From NCBI GenBank assembly GCA_963718915.1, contig CAVRAI010000013.1, positions 300,001 to 332,000 on the forward strand: a stretch of DNA of 32,000 bases, in the 5' to 3' direction. The notes beneath the pieces were generated by a model that did not search any database, was not told the DNA's origin, and worked only from the letters and a program-made list of their open reading frames with translations. Shown in pieces: positions 17,453-26,491 of the stretch. The number at the start of each line of letters is the position of its first letter. The stretch's first letter is position 1. The translations under genes and the position numbers were made by a program. Origin of the DNA: an uncultured Chloroflexia bacterium (GTDB taxonomy: Bacteria > Chloroflexota > Ktedonobacteria > Ktedonobacterales > JADMIN01).

Positions 17453-20400
17453 ATGACTGGCATCAGAAAGGGAAACGATTCTATGTCATCGACCTCACAG
17501 TCAAGCGGCTCGCAGCAAAACTCGGATAACGAGCACACCGTCGCTTCCAGCCTCCTCACGTCGCTGGAGTGGCGCTGCATCGGCCCCTATCGCGGGGGGC
17601 GTGTCGTTGCCGTCGCTGGCGATCCCAGTCACAGCCACACCTTCTACTTCGGCTCCACGGGAGGTGGTGTCTGGAAGACCACCGACGGCGGCCTCTTCTG
17701 GGAGAACGTCTCCGACGGTTATTTCAAGCGTGCCTCTGTCGGTGCTATCGCCGTCGCGCCTTCCGACCCCAACGTAATCTACGTCGGCATGGGCGAGGCC
17801 ACTATTCGCGGTAACGTCTCCCATGGCGACGGTGTCTACAAGTCCACCGACGCTGGCAAAACCTGGACGCATCTCGGTCTCGAAGATACGCGTAATATCG
17901 GCAAAGTGCGCGTCCACCCGACCAATCACGACATCGTCTATGTCGCCGCGCTCGGCCACGCCCACGGCCCGAACGAGCAGCGCGGCCTCTTCCGCTCGCA
18001 TGATGGCGGCAAGTCCTGGGATCGCATCCTCTACATCAACGAGAATGTCGGCATCCACGACCTCTCTATGGACCCCAACAACCCGCGAATCCTGTATGCC
18101 GCCGCCTGGGCTGCCCGCCGAAATCCCTACCAACTTGTCAGTGGCGGTGAGGGCTGCGGTCTCTATAAATCCACTGATGGCGGCGATACCTGGCAGGAGA
18201 TTACCCATAACAAGGGCTTGCCCACTGGTCCCGTCGGCAAGATCGGTGTTGCCATCTCGCCCGCCCGCACCGACCGCGTCTATGCCATTATCGAGTCGAA
18301 AGACAGCGCCGTCTACCGTTCCGATGACGGCGGCGCCAGCTGGGAACGCCTCTGTGACGAGCACGACCTCTCTGGGCGTCCCTGGTACTACCAGCACATC
18401 ATCGCCGATCCGCAGGATCCCAACACCGTCTGGGCGCTCAATGTCCGCTGCTACCGCTCTATCGACGGCGGGCGCACCTTTCAGCTGGTGGCAGCCCCCC
18501 ACGGCGACAACCACGACCTCTGGATTGATCCCGCCAACCCACGTCGCATGATCCTGGGAAACGACGGCGGAGCCACCGTGACATACGACGGCGGCGAGGG
18601 ATGGACCTCACTCTACAATCAGCCTACCTGTGAGTTCTACCATGTCACCACCGACAACCAGACGCCCTATCGTATCTACGGCGCTCAGCAAGACAACAGC
18701 ACGATCAGCGTGCCCAGCCGCTCGTATCAATCGGCGATCGTGCATGCCGACATGATCGAGGTGGGCGGCGGCGAGAGCGGCTACATCGCCGTCCATCCCC
18801 AGCTTCCCAACATCATCTACGCCGGCAGTTATCAGGGCTATTTGACACGTTATGATCACTCCACCGGACAGTTGCGCGACATCACCGTCTGGCCCGAGCC
18901 CGCGATGGGTTCACCGGCAAGTGACGTCAAGTATCGCTTCCAGTGGACATTCCCGATCCTGCTCTCGCCGCATGATCCAGGCGTGCTCTATGCCACCGGC
19001 AACCACGTCTTCCGCTCGACCGACGAGGGCGCGAGCTGGGAGGAAATTAGCCCAGACCTCACCCGCAACGATCCAGGCACGCTCGGCCCCTCGGGCGGAC
19101 CAATCACTGGAGACAACGTCGGCACTGAATACTATGCAACCATCTTCGCCTTCGCCGAGTCTCCACTCGAAAAGGGCCTCTTCTGGGCTGGCTCCGACGA
19201 TGGATTGATTCACCTCTCGCGCGACGGCGGCGCCTCCTGGCAGAACGTCACCCCGAATGACCTGCCCGAATGGTCGCTGATTAGCATCATCGAGCCGTCC
19301 CCGCACGATCCTGCCACTGCCTATGTCGCCGCCAATCGCTACAAGCTCGACGACTTCCATCCCTATCTCTACAAGACCAACGATTACGGCGCGACCTGGA
19401 CGAAGATGACGGACGGTATTGCTGACAACGACTTCACCCGTGTCATCCGCGAGGATCCCGAGCGGCGCGGCCTGCTCTTCGCTGGTACCGAGACCGGCGT
19501 GCACATCTCCTTTGACGATGGCGCGCACTGGCAACCGCTCCAACTCAACCTGCCTGTAGTGCCTATCCACGACCTTACTGTCAAAGAGGACGATCTAGTA
19601 GCCGCGACGCATGGCCGCGCCTTCTGGGTGCTTGACGACATCGGTCCGCTGCGCCAGATGGCCGACGCGTTGCGTGAGGCGCCTGCCCACCTCTTCGCGC
19701 CACACCCCGCCATCCGCTACACGCAGTCTGGCGGCTACGGCAGCGGCGCTGCGCCTGGCAAGAACTACGGCTCCAGCGGCCCATTCATTCTCCCCTATCG
19801 CGAGAAGGAGCTGCCAACGGGCGAGAAGACTCGGATCTACCTCGATGCCGGTCAGAACCCACCGAATGGCCTGCTCGTCCAGTACCACCTCAAGGAGAAG
19901 CCCGAAGGCGAGATCACCCTGACCTTCCTCGACGCCGACGGAAACGAAATCAAGCGTTTCAGCAGCGAAGAGCCGAAGCCGGCCGCCACAGGGGTTGTTG
20001 GAGCATCCGCCGTGGAGGGAGCCGAAGGTGGTGAAGCCGTGCCATCCACTGCCGAAGAGCCACCCGAGATACCGAAAGGTGAGAAGAAAGAGGAGAAGAA
20101 AGAGGAGAAGAAAGAGCCGCGTGTTCCCAAAAATGCCGGGGGCAACCGCTTCATCTGGAATCTGAAATATCCCGACTCCGTCAAGATCGAAGGATATGTC
20201 GCTGGCGAAGACGCGCTGGCCGGACCGGTCGCCGCGCCGGGCCACTATCAAGTGCGCCTCCAGGTCGGCGATCAGACCTATACCCAGCCCTTTGAGGTTC
20301 GCAAGGATCCACGCATTGCAACAAGCGACGCGGAGCTGCGCGCGCAGTTCGATCTCTTGATCGCCATCCGCGACTGTCTCTCCGAGGTCCACGATAGCAT

Positions 20401-20857
20401 CAACGCCATCCGCAGTATCCGCAAACAGACGGAGGAGTGGGAGAGCCGCACCAAAGACCACGAGATCCACGACCATGTTGTTATCGCCGCCAAAGCGCTA
20501 CGCGACAAGCTGCTTACCCTCGAAGGCGAATTGACGCAAGTAAAGGCCAAAGTCCGATCCGACACGATGGATTACCCGATCAAACTCAACGCCAAAGTGG
20601 CCGCGCTCGCTGCTGTCGTCTCCAGTGGCGAGGCCGCGCCAACCCGCCAGTCGCGTCAGGTCTTTGACGAGCTCTCGGCCCGAGTTGCCATACAGCTCCA
20701 GCGCCTGCGCGAGTTGATCGAGAACGACGTCGCCGCCTTTAACACGTTGATCCGCGAAGGCCAGTATACCGGCCATCGTGCCCACTACTCCTACCAAAGA
20801 TCGCGCCAAAGAGGCCGCCGTTACCAAGTCCAGCGTACGGACCGGAGGAACACGTAG
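17453..20857 (+). CDS. Large BNR/Asp-box repeat protein (sortilin/VPS10-like, often annotated as a glycosyl hydrolase)
   Basis: 1134 aa with many SxDxGxTW Asp-boxes (STDAGKTW, SHDGGKSW, STDGGDTW, SDDGGASW, SIDGGRTF, STDEGASW, SRDGGASW, TNDYGATW). An alternative start lies at 17483 (MSSTSQ). The C-terminal tail is possibly frameshifted. Confidence 0.85.
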   Translation: MTGIRKGNDSMSSTSQSSGSQQNSDNEHTVASSLLTSLEWRCIGPYRGGRVVAVAGDPSHSHTFYFGSTGGGVWKTTDGGLFWENVSDGYFKRASVGAIAVAPSDPNVIYVGMGEATIRGNVSHGDGVYKSTDAGKTWTHLGLEDTRNIGKVRVHPTNHDIVYVAALGHAHGPNEQRGLFRSHDGGKSWDRILYINENVGIHDLSMDPNNPRILYAAAWAARRNPYQLVSGGEGCGLYKSTDGGDTWQEITHNKGLPTGPVGKIGVAISPARTDRVYAIIESKDSAVYRSDDGGASWERLCDEHDLSGRPWYYQHIIADPQDPNTVWALNVRCYRSIDGGRTFQLVAAPHGDNHDLWIDPANPRRMILGNDGGATVTYDGGEGWTSLYNQPTCEFYHVTTDNQTPYRIYGAQQDNSTISVPSRSYQSAIVHADMIEVGGGESGYIAVHPQLPNIIYAGSYQGYLTRYDHSTGQLRDITVWPEPAMGSPASDVKYRFQWTFPILLSPHDPGVLYATGNHVFRSTDEGASWEEISPDLTRNDPGTLGPSGGPITGDNVGTEYYATIFAFAESPLEKGLFWAGSDDGLIHLSRDGGASWQNVTPNDLPEWSLISIIEPSPHDPATAYVAANRYKLDDFHPYLYKTNDYGATWTKMTDGIADNDFTRVIREDPERRGLLFAGTETGVHISFDDGAHWQPLQLNLPVVPIHDLTVKEDDLVAATHGRAFWVLDDIGPLRQMADALREAPAHLFAPHPAIRYTQSGGYGSGAAPGKNYGSSGPFILPYREKELPTGEKTRIYLDAGQNPPNGLLVQYHLKEKPEGEITLTFLDADGNEIKRFSSEEPKPAATGVVGASAVEGAEGGEAVPSTAEEPPEIPKGEKKEEKKEEKKEPRVPKNAGGNRFIWNLKYPDSVKIEGYVAGEDALAGPVAAPGHYQVRLQVGDQTYTQPFEVRKDPRIATSDAELRAQFDLLIAIRDCLSEVHDSINAIRSIRKQTEEWESRTKDHEIHDHVVIAAKALRDKLLTLEGELTQVKAKVRSDTMDYPIKLNAKVAALAAVVSSGEAAPTRQSRQVFDELSARVAIQLQRLRELIENDVAAFNTLIREGQYTGHRAHYSYQRSRQRGRRYQVQRTDRRNT
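20081..20116. repeat. 12-bp tandem repeat GAGAAGAAAGAG x3 inside the BNR gene, encoding (EKKE)3
   Basis: Three perfect copies read directly from the sequence. Confidence 0.9.
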
Positions 20858-21217
20858 CAGTGATGCTGGTCGCCGCCGCGTGCCAGGCGGTCCAGCGGGC
20901 GGCTCGGACGGCAAGCCTCACACGGCATAAAGCGGATAGTACCTCGAAGAGTGTCTTGGGCTGGGATGGAACATGCCCTACCAAACTGAAGGTCGCGGCA
21001 GGTTGCAAGTCCGTACAGGGCGTGGACGCTAACTGTCCGACCTTCGGTCTCGACGATTCGCGTCATCCGCATGCCACGGCGCTTAAAGATCTGGGCCGCA
21101 ACGGCCTAACACGGCAAGTGCTTGTCCGCCTGTTGTCCCCAGTACAGTGGTTGTGCGCTAGAGATCGTGGAGCGGGAGCCTGGCAGACAGGGTTTCAAGA
21201 AGCGTTGTTCGGAGACA

Positions 21218-22591
21218 TCAAATAAGATGGAGAGTTGCTGCGGCGCGCTCGCGCTGTTCCCGAAACTGTGGCGCGGCTATCGCAATCAGGCTTCGGGCGC
21301 GCTCAGCAAGATCGCGGCCATGCAGTGCGGCCACGCCATACTCAGTCACGACATAATGGACATGCGCCCGAGAGGTTGTGACCGCTGACCCTGGCGTCAA
21401 CCATGGCGTGATGCGAGAGACCTGGCCATCTATCGGCTCGAGTTCCAATGCGCCCAGGTCTGGCGCGGATGCCCGAGCGGATTCTGTCGTCGTCATCATC
21501 GAGGATGCGACACGGGCTGTTGCGGGGAGCGCGATGATAGGTCGCCCTCGTGGAGCGAGCGCCGCGCCACGCAGGAAGTCCATCTGGCCACCGACACCGC
21601 TATAAAGCCTGGCGCCGAGCGATTCCGCGCAGACCTGGCCGGTAAGATCCACCTGTATGGCGCTGTTGATAGCCACCATGTGTTCGAACTGTCGAATAAC
21701 GTGGGAATTGTTCGTGTAATCCGAGGGGCGCAGTTCGACCATCGGATTGTCGTCAATGAAGTCGAGCAGCCGCCGCGATCCGATGACAAAACTGGCAACG
21801 ATCTTGCCCCGATCCCGCGCCTTGCACGCCCCTGTGATAACCCCCCGCTCGACCAGGTCGAGCACGCCATCAGAGAACATCTCTGAATGGATGCCCAGAT
21901 CGCGCCGGTCGGAAAGTGCCGCGAGCACCGCATCCGGAATAGCCCCGATGCCAAGCTGGAGTGTCGCGCCATCCTCAACCAGTTCCGCAATATGCTGGCC
22001 AATGCGCACCTGCGCTGCATCTGGTTGTTTGCCTTCCACCTCGTAGAGCGGTCCGTCCCACTGAACCGCCTGCTCGATGCGAGACATATGTACGAAGCTA
22101 TCGCCATGGGTGCGAGGAACGTGCGGATTGACGAGCGCGACCACATGGGTAGCGGCATCGACCGCGGCACTGGTCACATCGACCGACGATCCCAGTGAGC
22201 AGTAGCCATGGGCATCGGGTGGCGAGACCTGGATGAAGGCGACATCTACCGCAAGCTCGTTTCCCCGCGCGAAGAGCGCTGGCACATCGGAGAGGAAGAT
22301 AGGCGTGTAACTAGCCCGACCAGCGTTAACTGCGGCGCGGGTGTTTTCGGCGACAAAGAGCGCCCTGAGGGAGAAGTGACCCGCCCATTTTTCATCGGTG
22401 TAGGGAGTAGGACCGTAGGTGTGCAGATGAACGATCTCGACACCGTGGAACTCGTGGCCACGTTCATCCAAAGCCTGGAGTAGCGCCGTCGGTGTTGCGC
22501 AGGCCCCCTGCACGAAGATACGATGTCCCGACTCAACGACACCTACTGCCTCGCGTGCTGTGCACCAGTTCACCCTCGTCGCCTCTTTCAT
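21218..22591 (-). CDS. Acetyl-CoA hydrolase/transferase family protein (4-hydroxybutyrate/succinyl-CoA:acetate CoA-transferase-like)
   Basis: 457 aa with family blocks GIGAIPDAV, HSEMFSDG, GGQMDFLRGA and VTTSRAHVHYVVTEYG. Confidence 0.9.
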   Translation of the reverse strand: MKEATRVNWCTAREAVGVVESGHRIFVQGACATPTALLQALDERGHEFHGVEIVHLHTYGPTPYTDEKWAGHFSLRALFVAENTRAAVNAGRASYTPIFLSDVPALFARGNELAVDVAFIQVSPPDAHGYCSLGSSVDVTSAAVDAATHVVALVNPHVPRTHGDSFVHMSRIEQAVQWDGPLYEVEGKQPDAAQVRIGQHIAELVEDGATLQLGIGAIPDAVLAALSDRRDLGIHSEMFSDGVLDLVERGVITGACKARDRGKIVASFVIGSRRLLDFIDDNPMVELRPSDYTNNSHVIRQFEHMVAINSAIQVDLTGQVCAESLGARLYSGVGGQMDFLRGAALAPRGRPIIALPATARVASSMMTTTESARASAPDLGALELEPIDGQVSRITPWLTPGSAVTTSRAHVHYVVTEYGVAALHGRDLAERARSLIAIAAPQFREQRERAAATLHLI

Positions 22592-22865
22592 ACCTCATTT
22601 ATCGCTATTGGCCGGTTAACCCATTCTTTCTCTGCCATTATCCCACTGCGGTGCACCGCATCGCACCGTGCCGCGAGCGCGCCCAGCGCCCTCTATGATA
22701 CATCGCTTCCGCCAGCAGAGTGTGGTAGTGATGAATTCGTGACTTTGAGACAGAGACCCATGACAGGATTGTGAGCAGCGTCTCCTACGCTCATGGATGT
22801 ACGAGGACGAGACTATAGCCAACCCCGAACCTGCCCGAGGGGATGAATGTGGGAGGAGAACATCC

Positions 22866-24113
22866 ATGGATACCACTTATGACGACGTGTCCGAAGAGGG
22901 GCGAACTCCTATGCCGGACGAGTCTCTCCCGCCATTCGTTGCCTACCAGGTTGAGGAGGAGGCGCGCGAGCATGCGCCAACGTCATCTGGAAGCGCTGGC
23001 GAGCGCTATCGTCATGGCAACGCGGAGGCAGAGTCTCGACGGATCTCTGACGAAGTGACCCGTGAGGCGAAGAGGCGAGCGCGTGAAGCGCACGTGCCAC
23101 CTATCGTACATGCCAATATTTCATCGACTCCTGCCATTGCCGTGATGCCCGCCGCCCCACGCGAAACGCCATTGCCGACACCAAGGACGCTACAGCGATT
23201 CCTGGTACCACTCGATGGCACGCTTCTGGGCGAGCGCGTGTTTCCATACGTCGCGGCGCTAGCTCGACTCTCGGGCGCTCGCATGCTGCTGGCGCATGTC
23301 ACTCCGGCCGACCCACCACCCCTTCTCGAGCGCCTGCTTCACCTGGAAGGCAGCACACGTGAAGATGCTCTCCGCACGTTCGCACCTGAGGCGCTGTACT
23401 ATCTTCGGTACGTGCGGAATGGGTGGATGAGCGTTTGTCCGCAGACTGAAATCGTGCATATCACAGCGCCCACTGTGGCCGATGGCCTGCTTGGCATTGA
23501 GAAAAGTCGCGATATCGACCTCGTCGCCCTCGCGCTTCGTGCCCATGGAAATGGAGACCACATGCAGCTGGGCAACATTGTGGACAAAGTCATTCGCTTC
23601 GGCGACGCTCCAGTGCTGGTGATTCCTCCTGAGGCTGACGCGGCAGCGCATCAATTCGCGCTTCACCACATTCTGGTGTCCCTCGATGGCTCTCCACTGG
23701 CTGAAGAGGCGCTTGGTCCACTAAGCGGATTGCTCGCGCAGGCGCAATCGTTGGTGAGCGAGCGTATCACCGTGACGCTACTGGGTGTCGCAGACAGCGC
23801 CACGGTTCTGCCAGACTATCAATCGTATCTCGATACCCTTTCTAATACACTTTCACGACAGCCCGCCTGGGCAAATGTTCGTGTGTACGCTAAGGCCATT
23901 GTCGGCTCGCCTTCTGGCGCTATCGTCGGGAGTGTTGCTCGGAGTAATTCGAGCGCCCGTGATGAAATGGAACCAGTGGATATGCTCGCCATGACCAGCC
24001 ATGGGCGGGGAGGCATAAATCGCTGGCTGCTCGGCAGTGTCACAAACTATGTGCTGCCGCGAGTGCATGTGCCAGTGTTGGTCGTTCGTCCTGCCAGCCG
24101 GATCCAGCGGTAA
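22866..24113 (+). CDS. Universal stress protein with two tandem USP domains and a charged N-terminal extension
   Basis: Two USP modules: FLVPLDGT..ARMLLAHV.. and ILVSLDGSPLAEEAL..MTSHGRGGINRWLLGSVTNYVLPRVHVPVLVV. I prefer the ATG at 22866 (GGGAGGAG 7 nt upstream). The ORF maximum starts at 22797. Confidence 0.8.
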   Translation: MDTTYDDVSEEGRTPMPDESLPPFVAYQVEEEAREHAPTSSGSAGERYRHGNAEAESRRISDEVTREAKRRAREAHVPPIVHANISSTPAIAVMPAAPRETPLPTPRTLQRFLVPLDGTLLGERVFPYVAALARLSGARMLLAHVTPADPPPLLERLLHLEGSTREDALRTFAPEALYYLRYVRNGWMSVCPQTEIVHITAPTVADGLLGIEKSRDIDLVALALRAHGNGDHMQLGNIVDKVIRFGDAPVLVIPPEADAAAHQFALHHILVSLDGSPLAEEALGPLSGLLAQAQSLVSERITVTLLGVADSATVLPDYQSYLDTLSNTLSRQPAWANVRVYAKAIVGSPSGAIVGSVARSNSSARDEMEPVDMLAMTSHGRGGINRWLLGSVTNYVLPRVHVPVLVVRPASRIQR

Positions 24114-24157
24114 GCATAATTGAGCCTCGCTCTCGTTGGCGAAAGGCGGTTGAAAAT

Positions 24158-24936
24158 ATGAGCGCAATCTATGCCGAAGAACTACGGGTGGCGTATGAGC
24201 ATGGGCGAAGAGACTTCCGTCACTGGGATCTCACCGGGGCTGATCTGCGAGGGATAGCGATTCCCGGCGCCAGCCTCTACGGCGCGGATCTGCGCGGAGC
24301 GGATCTGCGCGAAAGTAATCTCACAGAGGTGGATCTGCGCACAGCCGATTTGCGGGAAGCGCGGCTCTCCGATGCACTGTTAGTCCGAGCCAGGCTTGCC
24401 GACGCGCAACTTTCCGACGCGAACCTAAGAAACGCTGATCTCAGCGAGGCCAGCTTACAGCGTGCCGTGCTGGTGGGAGCAATCTTAACCGAGGCGTCAC
24501 TCGTTGACGCGTGTCTTCAGGCGGCAGACCTGTCTCGCGCCAACCTCCAGAATGCTCAGATGGCAGGCGCGGATCTCGAAAAGCCTATCTCGAAGGCGCC
24601 ATCATGGTCGAGAGTGACCTGCGGACTGCCAATCTGGGAGAGGCAGACCTGGCTGGCGCGGATCTTCGTGGGGCCAGCTTATCAGACGCTGATCTAATGG
24701 GCGCGGATCTGGAAGGCGCTGACCTCACGGACGCTGACCTGGAAGGCGCTGACCTGGAGCAGGCGGACTTGCGAGAGGCGAATCTCCAGCACGCAGCCCT
24801 GCGCGAAGCGGATCTGCGGTGTGCGGATTTTGGCGGAGCCAATATGGCGGACGTCCGGCTCGGGGGCGCGAACTTGCATGACGTTGATCTAGCGGGGACA
24901 TGCTTTGAGCGAAGACGCAGCGCTATCACCTCATAA
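24158..24936 (+). pseudogene. Pentapeptide-repeat protein split by a 1-nt frameshift in an A4 run (fragments 24158-24697 and 24511-24936)
   Basis: Both overlapping ORFs are made of A(D/N)LxG-type pentapeptide repeats. The frames join as ..MAGADLEK|AYLEGAIMVESDL.. if the A-run at 24579-24582 were A5. That would give about 259 aa. Confidence 0.8.
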
Positions 24937-24972
24937 CGCTGCCTGAGCGAGGGTGTCAGAAGGGGCTTTCAC

Positions 24973-25182
24973 ATGCCTATGGGGATGACAGGCTGGGTCT
25001 GGCAGATGGCCCTCTGGATGATTGGCGTCACGATTCTCTGGATCGCGCTCATTGTTGTCGTGGCCTGGCTCATTGCACGCTGGGAAACGCGGTCGCCGCG
25101 GCGAGTGAACTTATCAGCGCCGCACATAGAGCGCTGGCACTCTATCGCACGTCGAGGCAGATACAGAAACAGAAGTACGTGA
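24973..25182 (+). CDS. Small membrane protein (one TM helix, basic tail), function unknown
   Basis: AAGGGG lies 7 nt upstream of the ATG. The N-terminus MPMGMTGWVWQMALWMIGVTILWIALIVVVAWLIARW is a typical single-pass anchor. Confidence 0.5.
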   Translation: MPMGMTGWVWQMALWMIGVTILWIALIVVVAWLIARWETRSPRRVNLSAPHIERWHSIARRGRYRNRST

Positions 25183-25307
25183 TGACCTACCAGAGCCTCA
25201 GACAAGCGGGGCGCATGTATGAGAGAGGCCCAGCAGAGACGTCGGGTGTGTTCACCTGCGCAGTTTGCGCTACTCCTGGTGTAGAGTTGTGAAGGAGCCG
25301 ATGGTAT

Positions 25308-25913
25308 ATGTCTACGGGCGATAGAGCTAGACAGACGATGTCGAGTAAACATTCAGCCAGACTTCCACGGGATGTGGCGCGGATCGAGGGTTCGCTACCA
25401 TTGCATGATGGTAGCATCATTCATGTCCGGGCGATCCGCACGGATGATGTTGAGCGATTGCGCGCGTTTCACCGCCAACTCTCACCTGACGCCATTCTGT
25501 TTCGTTTCTTCCATATGCTCCCGGAGCTTCCCACTCAGGATGCCGAACACTTCACTCACGTGGACTATGTGAATCGCATGGCGCTCCTCGCGACGGCTAG
25601 CGCAGCGGCGATGGAGGAGATCCTGGGCGTCGTCAGATATGATCGTATCGGAGACACGACGGCTGAGGTGGCGTTTGTTGTGGCGGACCCCTGGCAAGGA
25701 CACGGAATCGCGACTGCGCTACTGCATCGTCTGGCAACTTATGCCCGCACGAAGGGCATTACGACCTTTGTCGCGATCACTATGGGGAGTAATGCGCGCA
25801 TGATCGAGGTGCTGCGCAATAGTGGCTTCCCGCTGACCACGCAGTACAGCGCGGGAACGCTGGAAGTCCATCTGGACATCACGAAGCCGCCTGTATTTCC
25901 CGCCTCATTGTAA
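25308..25913 (+). CDS. GNAT family N-acetyltransferase (Pat-type protein acetyltransferase GNAT domain-like)
   Basis: IHVRAIRTDDVERLRAFHRQLSPDAILFRFF..FTHVDYVNRMALLA..QGHGIATALLHRLATYARTKGITTF matches the acetyl-CoA binding region. A GAAGGAG Shine-Dalgarno lies upstream. Confidence 0.8.
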   Translation: MSTGDRARQTMSSKHSARLPRDVARIEGSLPLHDGSIIHVRAIRTDDVERLRAFHRQLSPDAILFRFFHMLPELPTQDAEHFTHVDYVNRMALLATASAAAMEEILGVVRYDRIGDTTAEVAFVVADPWQGHGIATALLHRLATYARTKGITTFVAITMGSNARMIEVLRNSGFPLTTQYSAGTLEVHLDITKPPVFPASL

Positions 25914-25962
25914 GGGAAGCGCTGATTGTTGAGAAAATCTCGACCGACCACAGACGCATGAC

Positions 25963-26310
25963 TCAGCGGGGGTTGTGGGCCTGGCGTATCTCTTCCTCCA
26001 GCAATTCCGCAAGGACATACGTGTTAGGATGAATCCCCCGCGGCAGGTCGTCCGCATTGGCCCGATACGCCATGTGATAGGCACGGAGAAACAGGTCACG
26101 CGCATAGTCAGGGTAGTCGAACGTCACCGTCAGGCTAAACCGTTTCCAGGCGGCTTCGGCAAATAACGCCAGTTCCGCCTCGCCCAGGTCTCCCACCATC
26201 AGCCCATGATAGAAGCTTTCTCTGGCAATCTCGCCAGCCCTTTGCATGGCGACCTGAATTATGGCCCCGCGCTGGAAATCGCTGGCAATGGAATAGAACT
26301 GACTGTGCAT
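25963..26310 (-). CDS. Hypothetical protein (115 aa), no recognisable family
   Basis: The ATG at 26310 is preceded by AAGGGTGAGG. Composition is protein-like. I recognise no motif. Confidence 0.5.
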   Translation of the reverse strand: MHSQFYSIASDFQRGAIIQVAMQRAGEIARESFYHGLMVGDLGEAELALFAEAAWKRFSLTVTFDYPDYARDLFLRAYHMAYRANADDLPRGIHPNTYVLAELLEEEIRQAHNPR

Positions 26311-26435
26311 CGCTCGCCTCACCCTTTCTGGGCGTCACAATCGATTGGTTGAATTTGCATTCCCGCACTTCACACTGTGTTTCTACCATATCCTGCATAT
26401 CCCGTCGGACAATTTAGCAGAAGGCGCCGCTCGAC

Positions 26436-26469
26436 CAGAAGAAGTCAAGGGGCGCCCCTGATCTTCTGC
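26436..26469 (-). terminator. GC-rich hairpin immediately after the second membrane paralog (candidate intrinsic terminator)
   Basis: CAGAAGA-AGTCAAGGGGC|GCCCCTGA-TCTTCTG lies 23 nt downstream of the stop at 26492. There is no clear U-tract. Confidence 0.4.
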
Positions 26470-26491
26470 GATTTCATCGACAGACGGGTTC

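Noticed and set aside
17501-20476. Several 200-340 aa minus-strand ORFs inside the BNR gene
   Set aside because: They are antisense to a gene with many Asp-box motifs. Their composition is not protein-like.
20858-21217. Known structured RNAs (RNase P, tmRNA, SRP RNA) in the unassigned spacer
   Set aside because: None of the conserved signature sequences I can recall for these RNAs is present.
24158-24936. Periodic DNA repeats (GCGGATCTGCG.. every 15-30 bp), considered as a possible CRISPR-like array
   Set aside because: The periodicity is the 15-nt pentapeptide-repeat coding period. There are no constant repeats with unique spacers.
24973-25292. Idea that the small membrane ORF is a frameshifted TM+SHOCT protein
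   Set aside because: Alternative frames give only vague resemblance to the ARGEI..EEY..L SHOCT pattern (AR-EADTETEVRDDL, or QIQKQKYVMTYQSL). That is not enough to claim.
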